Assembly: GCA_002189035.1 (NCBI GenBank)
Contig: CM007989.1
Span: 1,674,001-1,738,000 of the forward strand
Length of the DNA: 64,000 nucleotides
Source of the DNA: Utricularia gibba
Taxonomy: Eukaryota > Plantae > Magnoliophyta
Direction: 5' to 3'
Shown here: piece by piece, positions 52,636 through 64,000 of the stretch
Numbering within the stretch: the first letter of the stretch is position 1
Layout of the letters: every line of letters starts with the position of its first letter
The notes under the pieces: model-generated
What the model saw: only the letters and a program-made list of their open reading frames with translations
What the model was told of the DNA's origin: nothing
The model's database searches: none
Translations under genes and position numbers: made by a program

Positions 52636-53448
52636 TCAACTCTTTTTGCCCCTGACGTCGATCTCTGCCAACTCCTTTATCAACCGCTCGATCTCACGGA
52701 GGACGTCCTCCGTAGGGAGGCGGCGCCGGCAACAGGGGCACGTGCTTCTGTTCTGGAGCCACTTAAGAACACAAATCCAGTGAAACGAATGCCCACATGG
52801 TAACTCACACACGTCTCTGCCTTCGCTCATTTCGTCTTTGCATATCACGCACTCCGATCCTCCGCCGGCTTTCACCGACGGCAACCCCACCACTACCTCG
52901 CTGGAAGCCGCCACATCCACCGGTGACTTTTCACCGCCAAGAACGGTGACCAAATTCCAGCACCTACCCACATTCTCAATAAACTGAATCATGGCTTCAT
53001 TTCCAGAGCACCCACCGAAGTTCGATAGCCTCAGTATCGAATCGGAGAGGAAGCTACGGAGGATCATCCGCCACTGAACCGGCGGCGCGTCGAGCGATTG
53101 ACGATCGTGGTGCTGCAGTTCGCAGAGGAGGAGGAGCAGGAGAACGGCGTCGAGGTCCCGGGCTTTCATAGTCGCGGCGGAATACGGTGGCGGCAGCGCC
53201 CTGGTGGTGAAATGGTTGAGGAGGGCGAGATTGGTGAGGAGGTGGCGGGCGATCAGGAGGGATTTTCTGTGGAGGGAGAGGGATTGGAGACGGAGAAGAG
53301 CAAGGGAGAAGAGGACCGGCGAAGATACGACGGCGGTGAGACGCCCCAGATTGCGGATGAATCCTCCAGTGATGGATCGTTTGAGATGTAAGAGCTCGGC
53401 AGCGGGGAGTGTATACAGCGCCGCCGTGACTATGGCTTCTGCCGCCAT
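52636..53448 (-). CDS. SGR9: RING-H2 E3 ubiquitin ligase SHOOT GRAVITROPISM 9-like, single exon
   Basis: SSPVLFSL...MKARDLDAVLLLLLLCE and CVICKDEMSEGRDVCELPCGHSFHWICVLKWLQNRSTCPCCR. Confidence 0.88.
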   Translation of the reverse strand: MAAEAIVTAALYTLPAAELLHLKRSITGGFIRNLGRLTAVVSSPVLFSLALLRLQSLSLHRKSLLIARHLLTNLALLNHFTTRALPPPYSAATMKARDLDAVLLLLLLCELQHHDRQSLDAPPVQWRMILRSFLSDSILRLSNFGGCSGNEAMIQFIENVGRCWNLVTVLGGEKSPVDVAASSEVVVGLPSVKAGGGSECVICKDEMSEGRDVCELPCGHSFHWICVLKWLQNRSTCPCCRRRLPTEDVLREIERLIKELAEIDVRGKKS

Positions 53449-54979
53449 GGGAATATTATCGAAGTCCGTGGGACTGACTGTTCAGAACAGAGAAGAAATC
53501 TGGACAGAGGGACTCAATCTCATTTGTTGGTATAAATAGAAAATTTTAATTATTAATACCTATTGGTGTCTTTTGATTTCCAACCCGACCCGAATCTAAA
53601 GCGTAGAGCGAATGACTCCCTAGCCCCTACGTGCTGAAGCCCGAGGGATGATTATTGGGCTACATTATTGTAACTCAACAATCAATTATTGAAAAGTTGG
53701 GAATATTACATTTAATTTGCAAGAAATTTTGGTAACAAAATAATCCTGAAAAATATCAATTTTTTTAATATTCAGTAAACAATAAATAGACCGAAATTCC
53801 ATGCCACTACAAAACGTGAAACTTGACACCCTTCCCTTGAAAAGGTCAGCATTCGATTTTCCAGAGCTACTCCAAAGTCAATATTGAAATATTAAATATT
53901 AAAATTTGTATAAAAACAATTTAAATACTGCTTTTTATTTCTATTCCACTTTTGAAATATCAAAATAAAATTAGTCTATATTATTATAATCAAATAAGAA
54001 TAGAGAATTCCAAAATCATTACTCTAATGCAAATATCATAGAATAGGATAAGAAATAATATCATACATAATAAAAAATCAAAAATTGTCTCTGTTTTCCC
54101 CCATGAATCTAATCATTTAAATCCTGTATGGCAGTAAGATGTCTACCCAAGTGGATGAGCTGATTTGTGAAGGGTTTAAGAGGCTGATAAGATGGTATTT
54201 CCTGAGTGATCGAACCCTCCACCCCACAAAAGGTGGTAGTGAGGCACATGCAGGTGTACGGTGTGAATGGCAGTAAGATGTGACCTCCATTACCGGAACC
54301 TATTGGGCATGTGATGAGGAATGGAGGAATAGGTATGGAGAGGGCAATGCCCGGATTCATATATATAATCATGCACAAAGACAGTCAGACCAAACACAAA
54401 CCTACAAACATCATGTGGTGCGGAGAGAAGGCTGAAAGAAAAGCAGACAAAACATGTTTGTTGATCCTTTCATTCACACAGAAACATCACCTAAACACGT
54501 GCAGTGTGGGAACATAAAAGGTGGATAGACTCTTGAGGAAACATCATCAAGCATATCATCCAAGACCCGTCTCTGGATTTCACAAACTATCTATCCTAAA
54601 AGAGATGCATGATCATCATCAAAAGACTTCAAGGTTGGTTCTGTAGTTAAAAACTCTTGATTACCAGAAAAATAAAGAGGAGAGCATAATAATAGCATGT
54701 AAACCGCACATGCATTCACAGAGAACGAGAAAGCAACGTAAACTGTTCATTATTTCATCAATTTACCAGATAGCAAACGATGGCCTCCAGCTCATATACG
54801 ATAAGATGAGCAACAACAATAGTTGAAGGATGGAAAAATGCTGTCTTAAAGTAGATTGTAACTGCAACTACAAAGTGATACCTCTGAGCCCTCAGCAGCA
54901 GAGCCATTATAACTAGAGTATCAATGGAGGGATGATGAAGACAGGGCAAGAGCTTTCCCTACCGTAGAAAAAACAAATA

Positions 54980-56482
54980 TTAATGGAGAAGTTGCAGAGT
55001 GATCTGATCATTTAGACAGAATCCTTTATTCTTGGTAATGTAGGCATGTAACGCAAGAGCATGTGATGGGAAGCGAACAATTGCCATTTTTTTAACATCC
55101 TTCTGATTTACTGCCCTGCAGTCAGCAAGTAGGCAACTTCATTAATATATGAGAAAGAGGATAGTTCGACTAGGGGATGATGTTGCGTGGGATTCACCTT
55201 AGAAATATCTCCATTGTAGAGGCATAGAACTGGCAACCAGATAGAAAGCGCTCAATATCATCTGCTAATGCATTGCGAGGAATCCCTCGAAGCAGAAGCT
55301 GGAACATGGAAGAAGTGCAAGCATCAGATTCATAAAAGACAAAGGAGCAACATGTGTACTCATTCATATATCATAAGAAAACAATCTCATTCAAAGGAAA
55401 AAAAAAACAGATTCGAAAATCCCAAGACCAGTCCTTACAGCTTTCCCATCATAAGGAGCATTAAGATCAAACTGTGATTTATCACCCTGAAACAAGATTG
55501 CCAGTAAAATGTGAAAATTCACACAGTCAAACAAAGAAATCAGCATTATCAGCCACGAGAAACCTACCCTTGCCAAGTTGTGCAGTTTGCCTTTCCTTGT
55601 AATTGCCTTGAAACCTATATCGAAAGCTGCTCTAGATGGAAATTCAATCAGCCTAAAAAAAACATCAATAGTTTAATACAACATGCTGTTAGTATTTACT
55701 TGGAAGAACTAAAGCAGCTCTGAAAAAGAAATTAATTGGAGAGAAGGACTACAATGCTTCACTACTAATTCCACAGACAGAAATATAGCTTTTTGAGGAT
55801 ATTCTTACGCTGATATGGGAAAATAAAGTCGATTATACTCAAATCTGATGTTTTCTGGTTTCAAATCACATCCCTCGAGTAAATTGACTATATCACTTTT
55901 CATCGTATAAGAAGTGAGATTATTCGTTAGCCTGCCATACACAAAACCTGCAAATGAAAGCAGTCAATTAAGCTAATTAAAGCTCCAGATCCCCAGACCT
56001 GGTTTCATCCCACAAAATAGTAATTTCCTCATTGACAAACAAAACATTACCCCTTTGATAAACACACAATGTCCAGAAAAAAATGACATCAGTCATTTAT
56101 CAGAAATTAGACATGGGAGTAACTCCTAAAACATTGCTTTGAAAAAAAGAAAGATTCTAGCATAAAGTTCTAAATGTTACAGAACATAAAAAATCATAAC
56201 ATGAAACAATTCCTAAACTATGTCACTCCTAAAGTATCATAAGGAGAAATAAAATGCTATGTGAACATATATGGAAAAACTGGCGGAAGGGACCGTGGAA
56301 AATTCAGGACCTGAAGTTGGAAGCTGAGCAAACGGATCACCTGACGACCCAGAAGCTGTCTCAGAGGCTTCAGCTGAAAACGATCTCCGAATGCTATAAA
56401 ATGAAGAAGGCAGATTACGATTCATATGAGCTGCTTTGACCAAGCAGCTCCATTTTCTCACAGACTGATTCAGCTTATTCAT
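54980..56482 (-). CDS. Mitochondrial-presequence RRM-like protein (similar, from memory, to Arabidopsis At5g02740 'S24e family'), 6 exons
   Basis: Spliced exons give MNKLNQSVRKWS..., GFVYGRL...MKSDIVNLLEGC, LLRGIPRNALADDIERFLSGC, MAIVRFPSHALALHAYITKNKGFCLNDQITLQLLH*. Confidence 0.82.
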
Positions 56483-57458
56483 TTCCACGGCTGTCTGTAA
56501 AACCCAGAAAATGCCCTCACTTCCCATGAACACAAACTCAAAGGAAAACAATGTGAAAAAAACGTTGGGGTTTCAAGCTCAGTACAATCGAGGATCCAGC
56601 AACAGAAATGGGCACAAAGCAATCACATTGAAAGATTTTTTTAAGAAACAATCTTGCTACACTATATTATCCTATAACCCAGTGGGAAAAATTACAAAAC
56701 GATTCAGTAGAACAACAGATACCAAATACCCAATAATCCACGCATATTTCCAGATAATCGAACTGTTTGAAGACAAACCTTTAGTTCGATTAGAAGCAAC
56801 CGGGCTAGGGCTACTAATGAATCTCTCTTTCTTTCTTCACTGGATCATTTGATGTTGAGGCTCCTTCTCCCTTCCAAAATGCTTTATTCCAGGAGACCCA
56901 TTTAGGGTTCCATTCAAACTTATTGCAATTTTGACCCCTGATTTTTAAAATAACACAAATTTAGTCCCCCAACGGCCAACCATTCCAATCCCTACGCTTT
57001 GTTATTTTCCCATTTTAATGATGCTTTAGTTTGGACGCCACATTAATATTTATTAAAATTTGTGAATATTATAACTTTTTCCCATTTAAAATAAACAAAT
57101 TCTAAATATTTCTATTATTACTTTAAATGTTAAAGCATGACAATGTTGTTCGAAAATTAGTAACTTGTGCTACATATTTTTCATAATACCATAATTTTAT
57201 ATTTACTTTCTATAATTTCAAATTTTAAATTTAATTTATTATTTTTTAATTCAATCTAATGAAAACAAACACATCAAATATTTGCAAACCTTTTCATAAT
57301 CTTTATTATTCTATTTCAAATAAAAAATATTCGAGCATGTTCCATATCTCAAAAGTAGCAGCTCCTTCAAGGGGGGGATCCCAGTTTGATCAGAAAAGCG
57401 AAGACCATAACAGCAATCTCCATTTCTGGAAGCACATCTGTAAATGCAAATGTGAGAT

Positions 57459-58336
57459 TCAGGATTTGTCTTCCAGTTTCATTCCTTGCGTTCCATATAT
57501 TGCGTGATTGAAATTCCCCAGCTCTTCAGAATTGGTACCGTATACAGACTTTATTGTGTCTATGCAGCACCTGAAATTGCAGAAAAGCAAGAACTCATCA
57601 TCTTCTTAAGACGTTGATCTGAATAATGAACTCGTACAACTCTAGTGTATTAAGAAAATATGGAATTCTGCAGTAGCGGTTGATTTCCACAGAAATGAAA
57701 CAACTATACCTGCAAGCCTCTTTGTTGAATCTTTTCTTGTCTATCCCATATAATGTCTCAAACACTTGTGGCTCAACACGGCAGAAATATGGACGATCTG
57801 AATCAATGCGTGTAAGGAAGCCCTTTCAGTAACCCATCAAGACATTGAAAGGTACACAAGAAGAAAGCACACATCTACTAGAGTGTTTTACCTGCATAAA
57901 TGGAACACTTTCTGGATGTTTTATCGTAGTGTATGCACCACCCATCTTCATCACGAATCAAGCTTCTGTAAAGCTGAAGAAATGAAAGCCCTTGAGATCC
58001 AAACAATTAGGTACCCAGAATCGATACACTGCAATCTTCAAACTATAACCACTACCAATGTTCACAATTCGGTTAATGGATTCAGAGAAACACCTGGACG
58101 TCAGAAGGGTCATGAAGGATTTCTTCAGGAGAGGGAAAAGTAGAGCCTTTTTCAAGTTTGCAACAAGCTCCGCAATCCGGTACACATTGCCACACAGCAT
58201 CCTTCCTCTTGGCGCCAAACCCATGTCCGGAACTGGGCTTCTCCCGTTGCGACTTTTCTCTTCCATTCTTCGCCTCCGCATACGCGACGGCGAGGCACGG
58301 TGGTGAAATCCGCGCCCCGGCTGCCGCTAGCATCAT
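57459..58336 (-). CDS. CxxCxxCC (YkgJ / Fe-S cluster-like) family protein with transit-like N-terminus, 4 exons
   Basis: WQCVPDCGACCKL, DGWCIHYDKTSRKCSIYADRPYFCRVEP, EACRCCIDTIKSVYG. Confidence 0.87.
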
Positions 58337-58671
58337 TCGAAGTTCCAACTGACGGAAATCTGACCCACGGCTAGTGGCGTGGAATCACTCCGATTCCCGG
58401 TTTATTACCCAAAAAAGAAAAGGATACTCCGGCCCAATGGACCCAATTGTTGAGTATATGGGCCGTTTTGAGTTTACCACCTATAAGTCCCCACCTCCCT
58501 TCCCTTTGCAAAATTCATAGCCGGATGTCATATGTGGAAAGTATCAATATTTTAAATAATCAAAAAAATTATAAATAATTTACAACAATGTTTCCTGATT
58601 TAGGTAGTTCGATCATAATTCAAATCCATCATTATCTTAAAAAGTTTTCAAATTAGAGTACCTTATTATTA

Positions 58672-60093
58672 TTAATTAGGAAGATCATAATGTATGGTGA
58701 TATGTTTAATCACAATTGACGTATACGGTAATCCAGTGCAGCACTCTTTTTGAGGGCTGACATACCGTGCTCTTAGTTGAACTCCCCTGGACTGCACTCT
58801 CGGGATACGACCACGTGTCACCATGTTATGACGCAAAGCCTCGTGCTTCGTGACCCATTCTTCGCCAAGGATGTGGCCAAGCTTCGACTTACGGACTTCT
58901 CCGATGATGTACCGGAGGTTGTTGGCGAGGAACAGATACCTCGTGGAGGCGTCTTTGCAGTGACGAGATTTGTTGTCGAGTTTGCACAGAACGGCGAGGA
59001 GTAGCCACGCCAGTTTCAGGGACACCGGCGGTGAGTCGGTGGAAATGAAGTAAGATACAGGTAGATGTTTGTTCGTCGGCGGTCGGTGGTTGGCGAGAAT
59101 CTCCGGAAGGATGTTGCTGTAATCCGCTAGACTCTTTAGATAATCCATTGAATCGACGGTCAGATTGTGGATTCCCGTGCCTTCGGGCACGAGTTTTGAT
59201 GGATCTCTGAGAATGGAGGATTCGAATTTATCGATGGCCGCTCGCACGAACTCCGAGAGTTTATCCAGCGATTTGATCGCCTGTGATTTGATTCCTCTGG
59301 TTGAATTAGAGGAGAAAATGGCGTCCATTCCCGGCAAATTGTCGGAGATAGCAGCGTACATGTGTAGGGCTTCCAGAACTTTCTCCTTTGTCTGCTTGCT
59401 GTGCTTGATTACTTGCTCTGGAAATCGGAACAAAATCGTCGCTGCGTCCGTCACCACTTGCGAGAAGCACCAGTCTCTAACGGAATCCGAACTCCGAAAC
59501 ACGTGATCGCAGAGAATCTTCTCGCCGGTGAACAGAGTCTTCATCGCCGTCGTCACCGCGTTTGTCCAGGAACTCACGTTTACTTTCCGCGTGACTTTCT
59601 CCACTCCGAGATTGTAAATACCCTCGTCAATAACAGATTTGCGAGCAACTCTGTAGATATCAACGCATTCCTTGACGTAGCCTGATGAAATCATGCACTC
59701 CGCAGTGAGCCTCAGGTTCTCGATCGCCGTAACCGTCGAATTACGTTCGATATCACAAATCGACAACTCCACATAATCGCTGTCGTCGTCCCCATCGGAG
59801 AGAACGGAAACGAGATCGGGACGAAGAGCGGCCCGATTCATGGCCAAAATCTGGTAGAACTCTCTCCGAAGCCTCTCTGCGGCAATCTGCATCAGAAACT
59901 GGCATCGAAGCATCCTCTGAGGGTTGCTATTCCGCCCTCCGGCGACCATTCGATGCATCCTCCTGTGTAAATCATTGATGCAGTGAATGAAGTGAATGGC
60001 TTCCATTCGGCAGGTATGGAACATGGAAGCATCGGAGTTGTTTCTGTGGCATCTCACGATGATCTTCTCCGCCATTTCGAGGCTATGATCCAT
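58672..60093 (-). CDS. EXO70H: Exocyst subunit EXO70 clade H, intronless, C-terminally truncated (possible pseudogene)
   Basis: LMQIAAERLRREFYQIL, MISSGYVKECVDIY, LFTGEKILCDHVF, GIHNLT, YLFLANNLRYI...LGEEWVTKHEA, then 54 unrelated residues. Confidence 0.85.
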   Translation of the reverse strand: MDHSLEMAEKIIVRCHRNNSDASMFHTCRMEAIHFIHCINDLHRRMHRMVAGGRNSNPQRMLRCQFLMQIAAERLRREFYQILAMNRAALRPDLVSVLSDGDDDSDYVELSICDIERNSTVTAIENLRLTAECMISSGYVKECVDIYRVARKSVIDEGIYNLGVEKVTRKVNVSSWTNAVTTAMKTLFTGEKILCDHVFRSSDSVRDWCFSQVVTDAATILFRFPEQVIKHSKQTKEKVLEALHMYAAISDNLPGMDAIFSSNSTRGIKSQAIKSLDKLSEFVRAAIDKFESSILRDPSKLVPEGTGIHNLTVDSMDYLKSLADYSNILPEILANHRPPTNKHLPVSYFISTDSPPVSLKLAWLLLAVLCKLDNKSRHCKDASTRYLFLANNLRYIIGEVRKSKLGHILGEEWVTKHEALRHNMVTRGRIPRVQSRGVQLRARYVSPQKECCTGLPYTSIVIKHITIHYDLPN

Positions 60094-62232
60094 GGCGATG
60101 ACGGAGGAGAAGAAAGCTTTCCTTCTTTCCTCCCTCGGTTATGGTCAGTCAGAAGAGACTTGTTATATAGCGGAAGAAGCAGGGAATCGGAAGAAACCGT
60201 GTGCTTTCTTTCCCCTCCCGGAGGACTTCCAGACCGAGCGTAGGTCGTCCATTCCATGTACGCGGACTGACTGACCCCACTCACAATTTTTACTTCCAAA
60301 ATCACTTTTGAGCAAGTTATTTTCAACAATTAAACTCACTTGAAATAATTTATCTTGGCAAAATAACTCCAATAAAAACAATATATATATATATATATTA
60401 TCATCAAGATGATTTCTTCCTCTCATCTAGTTAAATTATGTGAATGATGAATTTTATAATCTTTTTTATTTATAATTGAAATAATTGAATTTATATAAAT
60501 CAAATTTGAATAATAGATTTTTATTTCAAAAAATTAAAAAATTTAGATTTTTTCATTTTTTTAAATTGAAAAATCTAAATTTTCAAGTTTTCGAGAACAA
60601 TCCTTGATAATCTATACCAAATATAGCATGAATTAAAAACAGACGGTGTGGATTTAGCCATGGCTTTAATCCAGCCCATACCATATAACATTTCATCAGG
60701 TAATGGGTTATAAACACGAATTCGTTAGGCCAGGGCTTTTCCACACCCAGCCCATAGACCTGTCACGGGCCCAAAACAAAAAGCTCAACTAGATCAAGCC
60801 CATATCTTGTAAAATATATGTTATGGGCCTGGGTATTACATTTTTATGGGCCGGCCCGTGCCCATATGTTAATGAAGCAATTGTTCCAAATTCTATCGAG
60901 GGAGGCAAGGGGCCGGCTCCTGGTATGGTAGCATAATACATGTTTTATTTTCCAGCGTCATTAAATTATGGCACTATTTTAAACGAGGAGGTCAGCAATC
61001 GTATGACGTCACCTTTTTTTTTTTTTACTAATTATGGGACTCGTACTAAAAAATAAATGCTACAACACCCGGGGGCAAAGCATGACACATCATGCTTACT
61101 AAATGTTAAATAATTGTAATTATTGGAACCCTTTCAGCTCTCTTTCGGATAACTTATTTAAAAAAAAAAATTAAGAAACTAAAAATTTTCAACTTCTATT
61201 TTACTAAAGATATTACTCAATTTTTTTAAAACAAAGTAGACCCAAACACATCAATAGTTTTCACTTGGAAAAAACAAGCAAGCTTTAATGAAAGTGGTGT
61301 ACATTAGATAATAGGATTGTGTTATAATTCTTGATAAGTAAAACAAGGAATATATAATAAATTATTAGAAATTATTAATTAAATATATATTTTTAAATTG
61401 TTTTAGTTTTATTGGTGATTTAAAATACTGGATAATAAATGCAATATAACTGGATCGGCATAGCGACAAGGTGAAGGGGGGGATTTAGACTGAAAAGGGT
61501 GCGCCGTCCGATTGAGATGATCTGGACGGTGGAGGAGTTTTGATTTGAATAAGGTAATAATTGATGGTGGTGTGCCTTATGCGGTGGAGGCTTCTACTCC
61601 GCACTGTCGACAGCTTTCGATGATTCACTTTCTTCTGATGTTTTTGTGTGTATATAAAACTCGCGTCTTCCAAGTCGTGAGAAAATTTGGATTTGGGTTG
61701 TGGGTTGACTGGGCAGAGTTTTCTTGATCTTCCAGGCTTTTGTAGGTGTAGGATTCCAAGTAAAGATTGAATCTTCAGTGACGCGTGTGACTGAGAGGAA
61801 GAAGATGAAATTTGTGAAAACCGTGGATTCGTCTGACTCCCGAGGTTTGTGTGGATTCTTGGTCCTAGAGGCTTATCCCAAAAGGTATTCTTCCAAGATT
61901 CCCTCCGACTTGGTCCTTTTCTTGGGCCTTGGATTCATAGACTGGTAACGTTAGTTTGAATTTAGAGCTTTTTCTTTTTTCTTCGGTCTTGGAGTTTTCC
62001 CATCGAGAAAGGAGGGGAGGGTTCTGAATCTGTGTACTGACTGCGAATTTGATGGGTCTGGTAAATGGGTTGTGATGCAATCTCGTTTCTTTCTGAATCT
62101 TCTAGGGGTTTGCGTTTCCTTTCTAATACGCATATTCTGGTTTAGTTAGCTCGGTCTTGCGTCATATATTGGGGAGTGATTTAGTATTGTGATAGTAGAG
62201 AATGAATTGACTTCAGATGCTGCACCTTTGAC

Positions 62233-62301
62233 ATGCTTCTGGAGGTTGGTTTGTCTTATCTCAAAGACAACCCTCTGAAGCAGGGAGTTGTGGTTATTTG
62301 A
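62233..62301 (+). promoter_or_regulatory. 22-codon upstream ORF ending one base before the SLT1 ATG
   Basis: ATG...TGA = MLLEVGLSYLKDNPLKQGVVVI*, then A and ATG at 62303. Confidence 0.6.
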
Positions 62302-62302
62302 A

Positions 62303-63796
62303 ATGGGAGATACCCTTTTGACTGCTTTATGTATGGAGAGCCATCACCCTTCAACCATCTTATCCATGGATTCAAGTGCCTCATCTTCACATGAGGAATT
62401 GGAACTTGAGATGAATCGCCAAATCATTCTGACAACCCGTCCACCAGACATCAACCTGCCCCTTTCTGCTGACCGCAGTCCCCCGCTTCAGCAGCCATGG
62501 ATTCCTGAACCTTGTGACATTCTTGATGTTGGGCTTGGTACTGCAATATATGAGACCGACTCATTTCTTAGTGTCCCCAAAGTTGGAAGGAAATTTGCCA
62601 AAAGGGTTGATAATATCTGGGGAGCTTGGTTTTTCTTTAGCTTTTACTTCAAACCTGTGTTGAATGAGAAGTCCAAGGCTAAGATCATAAGAGATAGCAA
62701 TGGGGTTTCAGGGTTCGACAGAGCAGATCTCCAGCTTGATACATTCTTGGTGCAGCATGATATGGAGAATATGTACATGTGGGTTTTCAAGGAAAAGCCT
62801 GAGAATGCTCTTGGTAAAATGCAACTGAGGAGTTACATGAATGGGCATTCTCGACAGGGAGAGCGCCCCTTTCCTTTTAGTAGTGACAAGGGCTTTGTTC
62901 GGTCGCACAGGATGCAGAGGAAGCATTACAGGGGGCTTTCAAATCCTCAATGTGTCCATGGGATCGAAGTTGTCCCCTGCCCCAGTCTCAGCTGCGTCGA
63001 CGAAGAAGATAGACGAAGATGGAGTGAGCTCACTGGGAGGGAACTGGACTTCACCATTCCAGCTGGGGCTAGTGACTACACCTCCTGGAGAAATCTGCCA
63101 AACACTGAGTTTGACCTTGACAGGCAGACTCCTCCGAATCCACATTCTCAATCTAGGAAGCTGCTAAGAGGATCTGCGCTCAATCTCTCTGCTCAAGAGA
63201 CCAACAATGGCCATCTGGATCTCTCTCCCGTCAGCAACAAGCGAAAGATCAATCCAGCTAATGGCAACGGCTGCATTTTCACCGTGAATCCTTCTGATCG
63301 CGCAGGCCCCGACTTGGAAATCCTTCCCACTGAGCCCCACTGGTTGAACTACTTCAGCGGAGTAGTCAGGAATGTTTACGGCCCCGTTACAGCAGCGAGA
63401 ACCATATACGAGGACGAAGAAGGTTATCTGATAGTCATAAGCCTGCCATTTGTGGATCTCCAGGGCATCAAAGTTTGCTGGAGGAACACCCCAACTCACG
63501 GAATCATCAAATTATCCTGCACCAGCACTTCCGGTACACAGTTCATCAAAAGGCACAACAGGACTTTCAAGCTGACGGATCAGTCCCCTGAGCACTGCCC
63601 CCCTGGAGAATTCGTTCGAGAAATTCCTCTGGCAACCCGAATCCCCGAAGATGCCAACATCAAAGCCTACTATGACGGCCCAGGAACAGTCCTCGAGATT
63701 TTAGTGCCTAAACTCCGAGGAGGACAAGAAGAACATGAAGTCCGTGTGTGCCTCCGCCCTCACCACTCTTCGCAAAATGATCTTATGCTCAAGTAG
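62303..63796 (+). CDS. SLT1: SLT1 / HSP20-like chaperone-domain protein, single coding exon
   Basis: WGAWFFFSFYFKPVL, HDMENMYMWVFKE, LRSYMNGHSRQGE, C-terminal alpha-crystallin-like EGYLIVISLPFVD...FVREIPLATRIPE. Confidence 0.92.
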   Translation: MGDTLLTALCMESHHPSTILSMDSSASSSHEELELEMNRQIILTTRPPDINLPLSADRSPPLQQPWIPEPCDILDVGLGTAIYETDSFLSVPKVGRKFAKRVDNIWGAWFFFSFYFKPVLNEKSKAKIIRDSNGVSGFDRADLQLDTFLVQHDMENMYMWVFKEKPENALGKMQLRSYMNGHSRQGERPFPFSSDKGFVRSHRMQRKHYRGLSNPQCVHGIEVVPCPSLSCVDEEDRRRWSELTGRELDFTIPAGASDYTSWRNLPNTEFDLDRQTPPNPHSQSRKLLRGSALNLSAQETNNGHLDLSPVSNKRKINPANGNGCIFTVNPSDRAGPDLEILPTEPHWLNYFSGVVRNVYGPVTAARTIYEDEEGYLIVISLPFVDLQGIKVCWRNTPTHGIIKLSCTSTSGTQFIKRHNRTFKLTDQSPEHCPPGEFVREIPLATRIPEDANIKAYYDGPGTVLEILVPKLRGGQEEHEVRVCLRPHHSSQNDLMLK

Positions 63797-64000
63797 CTAG
63801 ATACGGGTGTCTGAATAAAGAAAGACAGGCATATATGCATGCACACATACCTGTTCCTGCTTTCCTGTATTTATTTCCTTTGCTCAAACCTCTCTCATTG
63901 TTCGTAATTTATTTACTCACATATAAACCAAATTGCAATAAAAATCATTCTTAATAAGGAATCGTTTACATATTTTTAAATAACAATTTACTTTAAAAAA

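Noticed and set aside
54931-55008. Box C/D-like pair ATGATGA...CTGA
   Set aside because: Antisense to the last coding exon of the neighbouring gene; no guide complementarity recognised.

Overview
Very gene-dense plant (eudicot) nuclear DNA: about 21 intron-containing or single-exon protein genes plus one intron-containing tRNA-Tyr in 64 kb, mostly with 70-170 nt introns. In order: RPL21 3' end, CHY/RING E3, an unrecognised 56-aa spliced ORF, tRNA-Tyr, RAX-type R2R3-MYB, acylphosphatase, translin, IDH5, EIN2, LOG, a secreted DY-motif peptide precursor, CNR8/PLAC8, P58IPK, importin alpha-9, RH57, PWWP protein, RVE, EMC7, SGR9, an At5g02740-like RRM-like protein, a CxxCxxCC protein, a C-truncated EXO70H and SLT1. 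From memory (not verified) this order resembles the Arabidopsis At5g02-03/At3g09/At2g37 blocks. No prokaryotic, CRISPR or intact transposon system is visible. Between about 6.1 and 17.8 kb there are nine inferred one-base shortfalls (five in EIN2), mostly at G/C homopolymers; these most likely reflect assembly error rather than gene death. The best novelty candidates are: the tRNA-adjacent small ORF, the tyrosine-sulfation-type peptide gene with paired HD-Zip sites and a USE/TATA LTR-like insert upstream, a hidden organellar transit peptide on translin, a stop-start uORF chain before SLT1, a U12 intron in EMC7 and the truncated EXO70H. All gene models were spliced and translated by hand; no database searches were run.
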